Counted from the stretch's first letter, positions 1-11,613 are shown. The stretch is 56,383 bases of DNA from Squalus acanthias (GCA_030390025.1 JASTWF010000036.1:4094001-4150383); one strand, 5' to 3'. Translations and numbers: made by a program. Notes: generated by a model not told the origin, from the letters alone.

Positions 1-1057
1 CCCCTCGAGCCTTTTACACAGGAACAGGAGGAGGCCATTCAGCCCCTGGAGCCTGTTACACAGGAACAGGAGGAGGCCATTCAGCCCCTCGAGCCTGTTA
101 CATAAGGAACAGGAGGAGGCCATTCAGCCCCTCAATCCTGTTACATAAGGAACAGGAGGAGGCCATTCAGCCCCTCGAGCCTGTTACATTAGGAACAGTC
201 GGAGGCCATTCAGCCCCTCGAGCCTTTTACACAGGAACAGGAGGAGGCCATCCAGCCCCTTGAGCCTGTTACACAGGAACAGGAGGTGACCATTCAGCCC
301 CTCGAGCCTGTTACATTAGGAACAGGAGGAGGCCATTCAGCCCCTCGAGCCTGTTACACAGGAACAGGATGAGGCCATTCAGCCCCTCGAGCCTGTTACA
401 TTAGGAACAGGAGTAGGCCGTTCAGCCCTTCGAGCCTGTTACACAGGAACAGGAGGAGGCCATTCAGCCCCTCGAGCCTGTTACACAGGAACAGGAGGAG
501 GCCATTCAGCCCTTCGAGCCTGTTACACAGGAACAGGAGGAGGCCATTCAGACTCTCGAGCCTGTAACACAGGAACAAGAGGAGGCCATTGAGCCCTTCG
601 AGCCTGTTACACACGAACAGGAGGAGGCCATTCAGCCATCGAGCCTGTAACACAGGAACAGGAGGAGGCCATTCAGTCCCTCGAGCCTGTTATATTAGGA
701 ACAGGAGGAGGCCATTCAGCCCCTCGAGCCTGTTACATAGGAACAGGAGAAGGCCATTCAGCCCCTCGAGCCTGTTACAGAGGAACAGGAGGTAGCCATT
801 CAGCCCATCGAGCCTGTTACATAGGAACAGGAGGAGGCCATTCAGCCCCTCGAGACTGTTACATTCGGAACAGGGGGAGGCCATTCAGCCCCGCGAGCCT
901 GTTACATTAGGAACAGGAGGCGTCCATTCAGCCCCCATCGAGCCTGTTACACACGAACAGGAGGAGGCCATTCAGCCCTTCGAGCCTGTAACACAGGAAC
1001 AGGAGGAGGCAATTCGGCCCCTCGAGCCTGTTACATTAGGAACAGGAGGAGGCCATT
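1..1057 (-). repeat. 42-bp tandem repeat derived from the CR1 LINE 3' terminus (~25 copies, open at the left edge, runs into an N gap)
   Basis: The unit acacaggaacaggaggaggccattcagcccctcgagcctgtt matches the CR1 3' end at 22226-22276 and, reverse-complemented, at 6131-6168. Confidence 0.9.
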
Positions 1058-1257
1058 NNNNNNNNNNNNNNNNNNNNNNNNNNNNNNNNNNNNNNNNNNN
1101 NNNNNNNNNNNNNNNNNNNNNNNNNNNNNNNNNNNNNNNNNNNNNNNNNNNNNNNNNNNNNNNNNNNNNNNNNNNNNNNNNNNNNNNNNNNNNNNNNNNN
1201 NNNNNNNNNNNNNNNNNNNNNNNNNNNNNNNNNNNNNNNNNNNNNNNNNNNNNNNNN
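1058..1257. other. Assembly gap (200 N)
   Basis: Run of N. Confidence 1.
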
Positions 1258-1435
1258 CTTAAAGGCAAGGTGCCCGATTTATTGTCCACGGACGGAAAAG
1301 TGGATTGCGCCCGTTTAGGTGGCGATCCGCCACACAGTACATGTTTCTGAGGAGTCAGCATTGGCGACAGTGTGATAGTTGAATGTGACTTGCTTGCACT
1401 CTTGGTCTGCTGGTGCTTTGGCTTTCTGTCCTGGC

Positions 1436-1580
1436 ATAGATTATTTTTGTTAGGTGAGAGTATCGAGGTATATGGATGTAAGGCGGGTAAATGGAGCTGA
1501 AGTGGCAGATCAGCCATGATCTCATTAAATGGTGGAGCAGGCTCGAGGGGCTGAATGGCCCACTCCTAATGTTCCTATGA
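1436..1580 (+). mobile_element. CR1 LINE 3' end fragment
   Basis: Contains the gatcagccatgatctcattaaatggtggagcaggctcgaggggctgaatggcc tail shared with the other CR1 copies. Confidence 0.8.
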
Positions 1581-1716
1581 ATACTGTATGTAATATACAT
1601 AGAATTTTACAGTGTAGAAACAGGCCATTTGGCCCATCTATGCTGGTGTTTATGCTCCTCACGAGCCTCCTCCCACCTTCCCTCATCTCACCCTGCCAAC
1701 ATATCCTTCTATTCAA

Positions 1717-2115
1717 ATGAGAGGTGATCTCATTGAAACATACAAGATTCTGAGGGGGATTGACAGGGTAGATGCAGGGAGGATGTTTCCCCTGGCTGGA
1801 GAGTCTAGAACCAGGGGTCACAGTCTCAGAATAAGGGGTTGGCCATTTAGGACTGAGACGAGGAGAAATTTCTTCACTCAGAGGGCTGTGAATCTTTGGA
1901 ATTCTCTACCCCAGAGGGCTGTGGCGGCTCAGTCGTTGAGTATATTCAAGGCTGAGATCGATAGATTTTTGGACTCTCGGGAAATCAAGGGATATGGGGA
2001 ATGGGCAGGAAAGTGCAGTTGAGGTAGAAGATCAGCCATGATCAAATTGAATGGCGGAGCAGGCTCGAGGGGCTGTATGGCCGACTCCTGCTCCTATTTC
2101 TTATGTTCTTATGTC
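1717..2115 (+). mobile_element. CR1 LINE 3' fragment inserted into an opposite-strand CR1 tail (about 1595-1712 and 2117-2265)
   Basis: [15 protein letters not shown]...RRNFFTQRAVNLWNSLP followed by the 3' UTR and a ttcttatg tail. Confidence 0.9.
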
Positions 2116-2279
2116 CTTATTCCTTTCTCCCTTATGTACTTATCTGGCTTCCCCTTAAATGTATCGATGCACCTCAGCTGGCGAATTTCCCATTCTCGTC
2201 ACTCTCTGTGGAAAGACCTTGCTCCTGAATTCCTAATTGGATTTATTAGTGACTATCTTATATTTAAACTGGGTTCAGT

Positions 2280-2465
2280 GTTAGATCTAGATATATGGTT
2301 AAGTGACATCCTAGCTGGACAGTCTGGAAAGGAACCAGCCAATTCAACTGCTACCTGCATATAGCTACCTGATATAAAAGACGAAAAGGACGAAATTTGC
2401 CAAGTACGTCCAGCCATTCTTGAAACTGATGTCCAATGTTAAGTTGAACCCGACTGAGTTGTGAT
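2280..2465 (+). pseudogene. Possible L1/Tx1 ORF2 C-terminal remnant
   Basis: Fragments DLDIWLSDIL and, in a shifted frame, TKFAKYVQPFLKLM resemble the fish L1 ORF2 end (W..di....KF.K.W.PFL). Judged by eye only. Confidence 0.3.
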
Positions 2466-3054
2466 ATTGTAATGCTGAATTGGGTTTAACAGTATGTTAA
2501 ATTGAACACGATTAATGCTATGTTATTGTCATTCTGAAACTGTTATTATTCTGTTTGTGATGATTATATTGACAATTGTTATCCTTGACTGCAATATAAA
2601 TAGTGCAGTGAATTAGTTATTAATTGTACAGTAATTGTGTCCCCTATAGGCCTTGATTTCTTTGGGATTATCCAAGATTTGTATGGGTTTAACTGCTGCT
2701 TGGTTGCTGCTGGTGACTGACCTGTGGCTGGATCCTCGAAGCCATAGAAACACAGGCCCAGAAATACGACACCATTATTGGCATTTCTGAGGCCTAAAGT
2801 TGGAGCAAATATTTTTACTTTGGCCTGCGAGTTGCAAGAGAAATCAATCCTGCTGGTTTTCCGCCCTAATAACAATGGGCCGTAAATTCGCGATTGTGTT
2901 TTGGCCCTGCCCCCAATCCTCCCGCCAGGTCCCCACAGAGCTAATTGAAATAAATTGAAATGAGGGCCAGTGGCACCCTCGTCATGAATTTCCAGAAGTT
3001 ACCTTCACAATGCACTGGGGGGCACCTAGAATGGGCAGGGTCAGCTGAGACTGG

Positions 3055-3280
3055 CAAAATTTTTTACGCAACAAGTGGTTGGGATTTGGAATGCACTGCC
3101 TGATAGGGTGGTGGATACAGATTCAATAGTAGCCTTCAAAAGAGAATTGGATAAATACTTGAGGGAGAAAAAATGGCAGGGATATAGGGAAAGAGCGGAG
3201 GAGTGGGACTAACTGGATTGCTCTTCGAAAGAGCCGGCGCAGACTCGAAGGGCCAAATGGTCTCCTTCTGTGCTGTACTG
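3055..3280 (+). mobile_element. CR1 LINE 3' end fragment
   Basis: FFTQQVVGIWNALPDRVV-like coding end plus the 3' UTR. Confidence 0.8.
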
Positions 3281-3284
3281 TGCT

Positions 3285-3540
3285 GTGGCCGTGCCTTCTG
3301 TTGCCTGGGCCCTAAGCTCTGGAATTCCCTGCCTAAACCTCTCTGCCTCTCTACCTCTCTTTCCTCCTTTAAGACGCTCCTTAAAACCTACCTCTTTGAC
3401 CAAGCTTTTGGTCACCTGCCCTAATTTATCCTTATGTGGATCGGTGTCAAATTTTTTGTCTTGAAACACTCCTGTGCAATGCCTTGGGGACGTTTCACTA
3501 CATTAAAGGTGCTATATAAATACAAGTTGTTGTTGTTGTA
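3285..3540 (+). mobile_element. L2 LINE 3' fragment
   Basis: GRAFCCLGPKLWNSLP...FKTLLKTYLF followed by an aaggtgctatataaatacaag(ttg)n tail. Confidence 0.85.
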
Positions 3541-4044
3541 CTTATTCTATGATTCTAATTGAGGAACTATTGAGCATGAAGACTGTCCACTTTGCCTGCT
3601 GATTACTAGAACTGGGAACAAGTTTCCTTGCCCCTAGACAGTGCTGGGCTTACCTCAGATGGCTTATGGGACTATGCAACCCCTCTCCTCCACCCCCACC
3701 CCCACCCACAGCGAGAGTTTCACAGAGGCAGGTATGGGACTCCCACTGGGCATATCTTTGTGTGGAGGAGAAGCAGGAGACAATGGAGGAAAGGAGACTG
3801 AGGCAGCATTTGAGGAGGATGCACACTTCAAGACATTGCCGCCTCCCAAAGAATATATGGGCAAAATAGGTCCTCTGAGGACCTTAAGTGAGGAGATGTG
3901 TATCAGAAGAGTGCACTTCACCAAAGAGACAATCGGGGAATACTGCCATCTACTGCATGACGGCTTGCAGTCATAGTCATCTGCCCACACTGCTCTGACT
4001 GTGCCTATGAAGGTCACCACTCTACTCAACCTTGGTAGCACCAA

Positions 4045-4582
4045 TACGATAGCAAAATACTGCAGATGCTGGAAATCCGAAATAACAACAGAAAACGCTG
4101 GAAAAACTCAGCAGGCCAGGCAGCATCCGTGGAGAGAGAAAGAGAGTTGACGTTTCAGGTCGATGACCTTTCATCAGAACTGGGAAGAGCTGGAAATCAA
4201 ATAGATTTAAGGCCAGGGTAAAGCTGGGAAAAGGGGGAGGGGATAAAGGAACAAAGGAGGAGATGAAGAGACATTAAGAGACATTAAGAGATATGCAAGG
4301 CTAGAGGTGGTGTTAATGTGACAGATTAAGGCTGAATGAAGTGTGAAATCTACTGGCAGAATGAAGGACAGCTGCCAGCTTCTAGGAGGAAAAAAAAAAA
4401 AAAAGGTGGGGGGGACAAATAAAAGGGTGGATAAAATAAAATATAAATGTGATTGGAGCTGAGGTTATGATCTAAAATTGTTGAACTCGATATTGAGTCC
4501 AGAGGGCTGTAGCGTGCCTAAACGAAAGATGAGGTGCTGTTCCTCGAGCTTACGCTGAGCTTCCGTGGAACAGTGTATTAGT
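4045..4582 (-). mobile_element. Penelope-like element 3' fragment (GIY-YIG C-terminus and pLTR) with a 13-bp TSD
   Basis: Minus-strand EAQRKLEEQHLIFRLGTLQPSGLN; TSD ttggtagcaccaa at about 4032-4044 and 4584-4596. Confidence 0.85.
4145..4181 (-). ncRNA. Minimal type I hammerhead ribozyme motif
   Basis: agtt-CTGATGA-a-aggtc-atc-gacct-GAAA-c-GTC-aact: intact core, stem I agtt/aact, stem II aggtc/gacct, GUC cleavage triplet. Confidence 0.8.
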
Positions 4583-4973
4583 GTTGGTAGCACCAACATC
4601 ATTTCAGGCAGCCACGGGCAATCTGTGCAATGTCGCCCCGGGTGCTGTCTGGGCATGTGTTTGTCAGGTGACTGGCACGATACAGGAGAGCTGGGGAATT
4701 CATCCAGTCTGGCATCACAGCATGTTAGCGGCGAGATCGAGCCATCCAGTTTCATGGGGCTGCTGGTTTTGCCAAAGTGCTGGGTGCAATAGATGCCACC
4801 CTACGTTGCTTTGTGAACTGCCATGATCAATACCCTCGACTCCCTGAACATAAAGGGCTTGCACTCGCTGAATATTCAAATTGTGTGTGCCAACATGCAA
4901 ACAATCCCTCACAGCAATGACACAATGCTTCCATCCTTCAGAATTCAGCCCTCCCTGAATCCTCAAAGGATGG

Positions 4974-5415
4974 TAGCTGTGGCTCAGTGGGTCGCACTCT
5001 CCCCTCTGGAGTCAGAAGGTTGTGGGTTCAAATCCCACCCCAGAGACTTGAGCACAAAATCAAGGCTGATACTTCAGGGGAGTGCTGCACTGTTGGCAGG
5101 TGTCGTCTTTTGATGAGATGTTAAACCGAGGCCCTGTCTGCCCTCTCAGGTGGATGTAAAAGAGATCACGGCACCATTTTGGAGTTCTCTCTGGTGCCCT
5201 GGCCAATATTTATCCCTCAACTAACATCACTAAAAAAAACAGATTATCTGGTTGTTATCTCATTGTTGTTTGTGGGAGCTTGCTGTGCGCAAATTAGCTG
5301 CTGCGTTTCCTACATTACAACAGTAACTACACTTCAAAAGTACTTCATTGACTGTAAAGCGCTTTGGGACGTTCTGAGGTCGTGAAAAGCGCTCTAGAAA
5401 TGCGAGTTCATTCTT
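4974..5415 (+). mobile_element. tRNA-headed SINE (DeuSINE/SacSINE1-like)
   Basis: A box tggctcagtgg, B-box-like ggttcaaatccc, conserved core tgtttgtgggagcttgctgtgcgcaaatt, and an L2-like tail. Confidence 0.8.
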
Positions 5416-6170
5416 TTTCTTTACGCTAGAAACAGTGGAGGTCCAAAGAGACTTGGGGACGGGGGGGGGATCCAGGTACATCGAGCATTAAAATGTCATG
5501 AACAGGTACAGAAAATAATCAAAAAGGCTAAAGGAATGCTGGCCTTTATATCTAGAGGACTAGAATACAAGGGGGTAGAAGTTATGCTGCAGCTATGCAA
5601 TACCCTGGTTAGACCACACCTGGAGTACTGGGAGCAGTTCTGGGCACCACACCTTAGGAAGGATATATTGGCCTTGGAGGGAGTGCAGCGTAGGTTAACC
5701 AGAATGATACCCGGACTCCAAGGGTTAAATTACGAGGAGAGATTGCACAAACTAGGGTTGTATTCTTTGGTATTTAGAAGGTTAAGGGGTGATTTGATTG
5801 ATTTTCAAGATATTATGGGGAACTGATAGGGTAGAGAGAGAGAAACTATTTCTGCTGGTTGGGGAGTCTAGGACTAGGGGGCATAGTCTAAAAATTAGAG
5901 CCAGACATTTCAGGAGTGAAATTAGAAAACACTTCTACACACAAAGGGTGGTAGAAGTTTGGAACTCTCTTCCGCAAAAACTCTCTTCTCTCTTGATGCT
6001 AGATCAATTGTTAATTTTAAATCGGAGATTGATAGATTTTTGTTAACCAAAGGTATTAAGGGATATGGGGCAAAGGCGGGTATATGGAGTTAATTCACAG
6101 ATCAGCCATGATCTCATTGAATGGCGGAAAGGCTCGAGGGGCTGAATGGCCTCCTCCTGTTCCTGTGTGT
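5415..6170 (+). mobile_element. CR1 LINE 3' fragment
   Basis: MLAFISRGLEYK...LVRPHLEY...HFYTQRVVEVWNSLP with frameshifts, followed by the 3' UTR. Confidence 0.9.
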
Positions 6171-6884
6171 GAACGAACGGCTTATGGGTGACAAGGCTGC
6201 TATGGATAATAACCAGTCTAAGGATTGTACTAACAGCAGCTGGTGAGCACTAACAGAATGGCCATCGAGAGGACCATTGGATCTAAAAGGGGCCTTGATG
6301 GATCAGGAAGGGCTCTGCAATATGCGGCAGATCTTGTGTTCTGCAGAGTTGTAGCCTGCTGCGTCCTGTGCAACGTTGCGGGTGATACCAAAATATGGGG
6401 CTATAGCTAATTCGTTAGAAGAAAACAGGAAACTGCAAAGAGATATTGATAAGATGGGGTAATCGGCTGAAAAGTGGCAGACGGAATTCAGTGTCTGTAA
6501 CTGTGAGGTGCTGCATTTTGTTTTTTTTATAAAAGTGACAGCAATAATTGTACTTTGGCGTTGTGGAAGAGGAGAGGGATTTGGGAGTTCAGGTTCACAT
6601 GAAAGTCAGCAACTCAGGTTGATAAGACTATAAAGAAAAGCCAATTACATTTTAGGTTTTATCACAAGGCATAGGATATAAAAGCCATGAGGTAATGATG
6701 AGCCTATATAAATCCTGAATAAAACCTCAGTTGGCGCACTGTGTGCAGGAATGGGCTCCATGCTATAGGAAGGATATTGAGGCTATGGAGAGGGTACAAC
6801 ACATACAAATATGAAGAAAGACTGGGAAACATTCCGTTAGAACAAGGTAGATTATGGGGCAATAGAAGTGCCTAAAATTATGAC

Positions 6885-7231
6885 AAAAATGAGAAGTCGC
6901 ACAACACCAGGTTATAGTCCAACAGATTTATTTAAAATTACAAGCTTTCGGAGCTATCGATCGCCCCTTCTTCAGGTAAAGTTACAATGAGTGAATCTAC
7001 AAAAGTTCACAGAATTTAAACACAGAAAATGCAGAGATACAATCTTTCCTTACATCAAAGACACACCAAGAGCACAGCCAAGACAATGAGATGTGTCCCA
7101 GGGGGTCCAACGTGTCAAATCCTGCTGTCTGCATATCCTCTCCATGTCCCTTCCTCTCTCTCCGTCCTTTTTGTGTTTGTTTTTTGTGTTTGTTTTTTTG
7201 TGTTTGTTTTTTCAAAACTGGAAAGACAGAC
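6885..7231 (-). mobile_element. Penelope-like pLTR fragment with an 11-bp TSD
   Basis: Homologous to the pLTR at 13320-13588; TSD aaaattatgac at 6874-6884 and 7232-7242. Confidence 0.8.
6938..6979 (-). ncRNA. Minimal hammerhead ribozyme motif
   Basis: ttac-CTGAAGA-a-ggggc-gatcgata-gctcc-GAAA-gctt-gtaa. Confidence 0.7.
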
Positions 7232-7599
7232 AAAATTATGACGGGATGGGAGAGAGTAGATAGAAACAGACTGTTTCCAGTGGTTGAGGGGTCAAGAACA
7301 AGGGACCATAGATACAAGATTAAATGTAAGAGGTTTAGGACAGAGAACAGGGCTGTGAGACTTTTGAATTCACTTCCCAGGTTAGTGGTTGAGGCAGAAA
7401 CTATGTCAACATTCAAGATTAGATTGGAGAGGGGAATGAAGAAAAAGTGGACAAAGGGATATGGAAAAATGGCGGGTAAATGTGATTTGGACCATTTGCT
7501 TGTGTGGAGGGTAAACGCCAACACAGACTGATTGGGCCGAATGGCCTGTTTCCCTGCTAAATCTTCTATGGTGCCCAAAGAAGGAATGGTAGAGTGCCT

Positions 7600-7830
7600 A
7601 ATGTGTTCTCTTGTCTATCCTGGTCAGGTCATTGGCCTTGTTGTGGTCTGCACTTCTGGGGGCGAGAGGTGACACTCAGGGCCACTGCCACTCCCCGTCG
7701 CCTGGCAAGAGATGCACTTTATTGGCATCTTCCTCCCATGGTGACCCAGCAGTCTTTCTCTCTCTCACTTTCTCCTCGAGGAGCGATTAGAGTTCCGCCT
7801 TGCTAAAACTTTTGGCCTCAGTGCCATGCT
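7600..7830 (-). pseudogene. Degenerate Myb/SANT-like (trihelix) ORF of a Harbinger element
   Basis: Minus-strand AKSFSKAEL*SLLEEKVRER...APRSADHNKANDLTRI resembles the F(S)..EL..LL..V / R...QC.KK.NDL motifs of Harbinger accessory proteins. Confidence 0.55.
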
Positions 7831-8049
7831 CTTCTTTGGCTGCCTCAGCCAAATCCTCCGGTGGAAGACATTCTTGTCAAGTGACACAAGATCACACAGG
7901 AGCCATCAGTCCAGTGACCTGCCAGTGAACTCAGTGAGCCAAACACTTTCCCACTTGTCTGCTGCTTCCCTGAGCCTGCTGCTGGAATCTATGGCCAAAC
8001 GTGGCTTTTTTAAATGGTACACTCTCATTTCCAAGTACCCCCCATTTTA

Positions 8050-8545
8050 CAAGGCCCGTGTCCTAACTCGCACTGAGTCCCGTTCACCCATCACCCCTGT
8101 GCTCGCTGACCTCCATTGGCTCCCGGTCAAGCAACGCCTCGATTTCAAAATTCTCATCCTTGTTTCCAAATCCCTCCATGGCCTCCTCGCCCCCTCCCTA
8201 TCTCTGTAATCTCCTTCAGCCCCACAACCCCCCGAGATATCTGCGCTCCCTAATTCTGCCCTCTTGAGCATCCCTGATTATAATCGCTCAACCTTTGGTG
8301 GCCGTGCCTTCTGTTGCCGGGGTCCTAAGCTCTGGAATTCCCTCCCTAAACCTCTCTGCCTCTCTACCTCTCTCTCGTCCTTTAAGATGCTCGTTAAAAC
8401 CTACCTCTTTGACCAAGCTTTTGGTCACCTGCCCTAATATCTCCTTATGTGGCTCGGTGTCAAATTTTGTCTGATAATCGCTCCTGTGAAGCATCTTGGG
8501 ATGTTTTACTACGTTAAAGGCGCTATAGAAATACAAGTTGTTGAT
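8050..8545 (+). mobile_element. L2 LINE 3' fragment
   Basis: ARVLTRT.SRSPITPVLADLHWLPVKQRLDFKIL followed by the L2 tail. Confidence 0.9.
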
Positions 8546-8704
8546 GCTGGGAGTTGTACTACAGAACCACCAATGGATATTTAAGTCACCTAACTCTGCA
8601 ATGATAGTTGATGCAGGTCTCCAGAGCATTGACAGGCTCAAGCCCCAGTTCAGTGATGCAAAAGCAGCATAATTGGCCCAGTGAAATGTCAGTGTCGCAA
8701 TCTT

Positions 8705-8875
8705 AGAATCACATGGAGTGTACAGCACAGAAACAGGCCATTCGGCCCAACTGGTCCATGCCGGTGTTTCTGCTCCACATGAGCCTCCTCCCACCCCTCT
8801 TCATCTCACTCTATCGACATATCCTTCTACTCCTTTCTCCCTCTTGTACTTATCCAGCTTCCCCTTAAATGCATT
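8705..8875 (-). mobile_element. CR1 3' end fragment
   Basis: Minus-strand AFKGKLDKYKREKGVEGY plus UTR; inverted homolog of 10633-10789. Confidence 0.8.
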
Positions 8876-9645
8876 CTCCTGCTCAAGTTGGCCAATCTTC
8901 ACTTGCTTGAAACGTGATCTGTTATTCCTACCGAAAGTAGGAAAAATTGTCTCGGTGCTGGGGAGCTTGTATTTGTTTGTCCAATGACTCTCCTTGTAGT
9001 AAATCATTATAACCAGGCTGACCGTAGATTTCACACAACCTTGCTATTGCATTCTTTTACCTGTCAGCTCACGTGACGTCCGCCTGTTCCCACATTACCT
9101 TGGGGTATGCATCACCTTTTAAAATAGATTACGCCTCTGAATGTTCACTTTAATTTTTTTGTGGGGGGGTGCGGGCCCATTCAAATTTCCACGCACGTGC
9201 GGTCTTTCCATATAAAGCCAGCAAGTGGCCTGCGCAGGACCTCCAGTCCCGGGAACATTGACGCCTATGTAAATTCCTCATCTGTCACTTGCATATATGG
9301 AGATATGGACATCTCCATTCATGCACATGCAAAATGCATGCCAGTATTTCTTGAGTTTACGTCTTGTAACATTTTGGACTTTCACTTGCATGGCTTGTGT
9401 GGGATTTGTTTTTAAATTGGTTATGAGATTCTACAAGATTACATTCATTTTACAAAGGATTAACTCACAGGGATATATTTTTTCCTGATTTAACATTTAA
9501 AGCCAGTAGACTTAGACTGATGTGATTTGATGTGTTAATTAACTTCCCAAAGTGAGATGAGAGTCATCAGAGTGTTTATTTCTACATGTTACTTTAGCGT
9601 TGAGACAATGGGGGGTCATTAAGTTTGATTCGAAGCATTTCTCAC

Positions 9646-9693
9646 CTTTTTGATAGAATAGTTTTCATTCAGTGTGCCCAGCAGGGGGCTTAG
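9646..9693 (-). CDS. Candidate 48-nt phase 0-0 exon (LSPLLGTLNENYSIKK) of an unidentified gene
   Basis: tgtctgtttag acceptor, AAG/gtgaga donor and an open frame. It overlaps a CTCF-like ccagcagggggc motif. Confidence 0.3.
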
Positions 9694-9814
9694 CTAAACA
9701 GACACTCTTGTCGTGAGCTCTCACATCAAAAGGGCAGCATTTCATTCAGGGTGCTGACTTTGACAATCTCCTCTGCACACAGAGTTGAGGAAGCGGTCAG
9801 AGGACTGTCTTTGT

Positions 9815-10790
9815 CAACAAGGATCGGTGCTGGGACCACTGTTATTCAACATTTACATAAATGATCTGGACTCTGGAATCGGAAGTACAATTTCAAAATT
9901 TGCGGACGACACCAAACTGTGGGGTATAGTTAATACAGAGGAGAACTGCGACAAAATACAGGAAGACATTAATAAACTTGCTGAATGGGCGTGTAATTGG
10001 CAAATGAACTTCGATATAGATAAGTGTGACGTGGTACATTTTGGTAGGAAGAATAAGGAGGCCACGTACTCCTGGGAAAATAAAGTGTCTAAATGGAATA
10101 GAGGAGCAGAGGGATCTGGGGTACAGATACACAAATCACTAAAAGTAGTGGCGCAGGTTAATAAGGCCATAAAAAAGCAAACTGGTGTTCATTTCTAGAG
10201 GGATAGAATTGAAAAGCAGAGAAGTTATGTTAAACTTGTATCGAACCTTGGTTCGACCACACTTGGAGCACTGTGAACCGTTCTGGTCTCCATATTATAA
10301 AAAGGATATAGAGGTACTAGAGAGGGTGCAAAAAAGATTTACTAGAATGATACTAGAACTGAGAGGAAAGATTGAACAGGCTGGGGCTCTTTTCTAGAAA
10401 AGAGAAGGCTGAGGGGGTGACCAGACAGAGGTCTTCAAAATTATGAAAGGGTTCGATAGGGTAGACGTAGAGAAGATGTTTCCACTTGCAGTCGTGACCA
10501 GAACTAGGGGCCATCAATATAAGACGGTCGCTAATAAATCCAATGGGAATTCAGGAGAAACTTCTTTACCCAGGGAGTGGTGAGAATGAGGAACTCGCTA
10601 CCACAGGGAGTGGTTGAGGTGAATAGTATAGATGCATTTAAGGGGAAGCTAGATAAACACATGAGGGAGAAAGGAATAGAAGGATATGTTGATGGGGTGA
10701 GATGAAGAGGGGTGGGAGGAGGCTCGTGTGGAGCATAAACCAGTTGGGCCGAATGACCTGTTTCTGTGCTGTAGACTCGATGTAATTCTA
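9815..10790 (+). mobile_element. CR1 LINE RT/3' fragment
   Basis: QGSVLGPLLFNIYINDLD...SKFADDTKL and LVRPHLEH, with frameshifts. Confidence 0.9.
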
Positions 10791-11613
10791 AGATTGTGAC
10801 ATTGACATTTCACTGGGCCAATTATGCTGCTTTTGCATCACTGAACTGGGGCTTGGCCTGTTCCTGCCTAGAACGGCAGCAAGGTTGCATCTTTGTTTCA
10901 TTTTGTGGACTGAGGAATGATTTGCAATGGTTGGATTTCACTGTGGAAGCTGTATTCTGTTCATGTATTTTATGTAAGATAAGCCAGTTTGTTGGTTTAC
11001 AATTGTGCCTCATCTTGCTGGAGCACTTTGCAGAGTATTGGTCTCCTTATCTAAGGAAGGATATACTTGCCTTGGAGGCGGTGCAACAAAGGTTCACTAG
11101 ATTGATTCCTGGGATGAGAGGGTTGTCCTGTGAGGGGAGATTGAGTAGAATGGGCCTATACACCCTGGAGTTTAGAAGAATGAGAGGTGGTCTCATTGAA
11201 ACATACAAGATTCTGAGGGGGATTGACAGGGTAGATGCTGAGAGGTTGTTTCCCCTGGCTGGAGTGTCTAGAACTAGGGGGCATAGTCTCAGGATAAGGG
11301 GTCGGCCATTTAAGACTGAGATGAGGAGGAATTTCTTCACTCAGAGGGTTGTGAATCTTTGGGATTCTCTGCCCCAGAGGGCTGTGAATGCTGAGTCGTT
11401 GAATGTATTCTGCTGAGTCGATGAATAACATCGTCCGTCCCCGCCCCTGCCTCAGCTCATCCGCTGCTGAAACCCTCATCCATGCCTTTGTTACCTCTAG
11501 ACTTGACTATTCCAACATAATGTGGAGATGCCGGTGTTGGACTGGGGTGGACAAATGTGAGAAGTCGCACAACACCAGGTTATAGTCCAACAGCTTTATT
11601 TGAAATCACAAGC

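Larger units (their letters stand above)
3850..6385 (+). pseudogene. Degenerate PIF/Harbinger (HARBI1-like DDE) transposase, split by later insertions
   Basis: Collinear motifs: LSEEMCIRRVHFTKETI (~3880), SFQAATGNLC (~4600), KVLGAIDAT and KGLHSLNIQIVC (~4780-4890), LMGDK (~6182), IERTIG and LQY..VVACCVLCN (~6265-6375). Confidence 0.8.
6405..7570 (+). mobile_element. Old CR1 fragment interrupted by a PLE pLTR
   Basis: LQRDIDK...KWQTEF and KIMTGWERVDRNRLFP...LLNSLP on either side of the insert. Confidence 0.75.

Noticed and set aside
396..1517. Repetitive ORFs (CNRLEGLNGLLLFL)n and the ORF crossing the N gap
   Set aside because: Artefacts of the 42-bp repeat and the gap.
4974..5045. tRNA gene (A and B boxes)
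   Set aside because: It is a SINE head that continues into the SINE body, with no complete cloverleaf.
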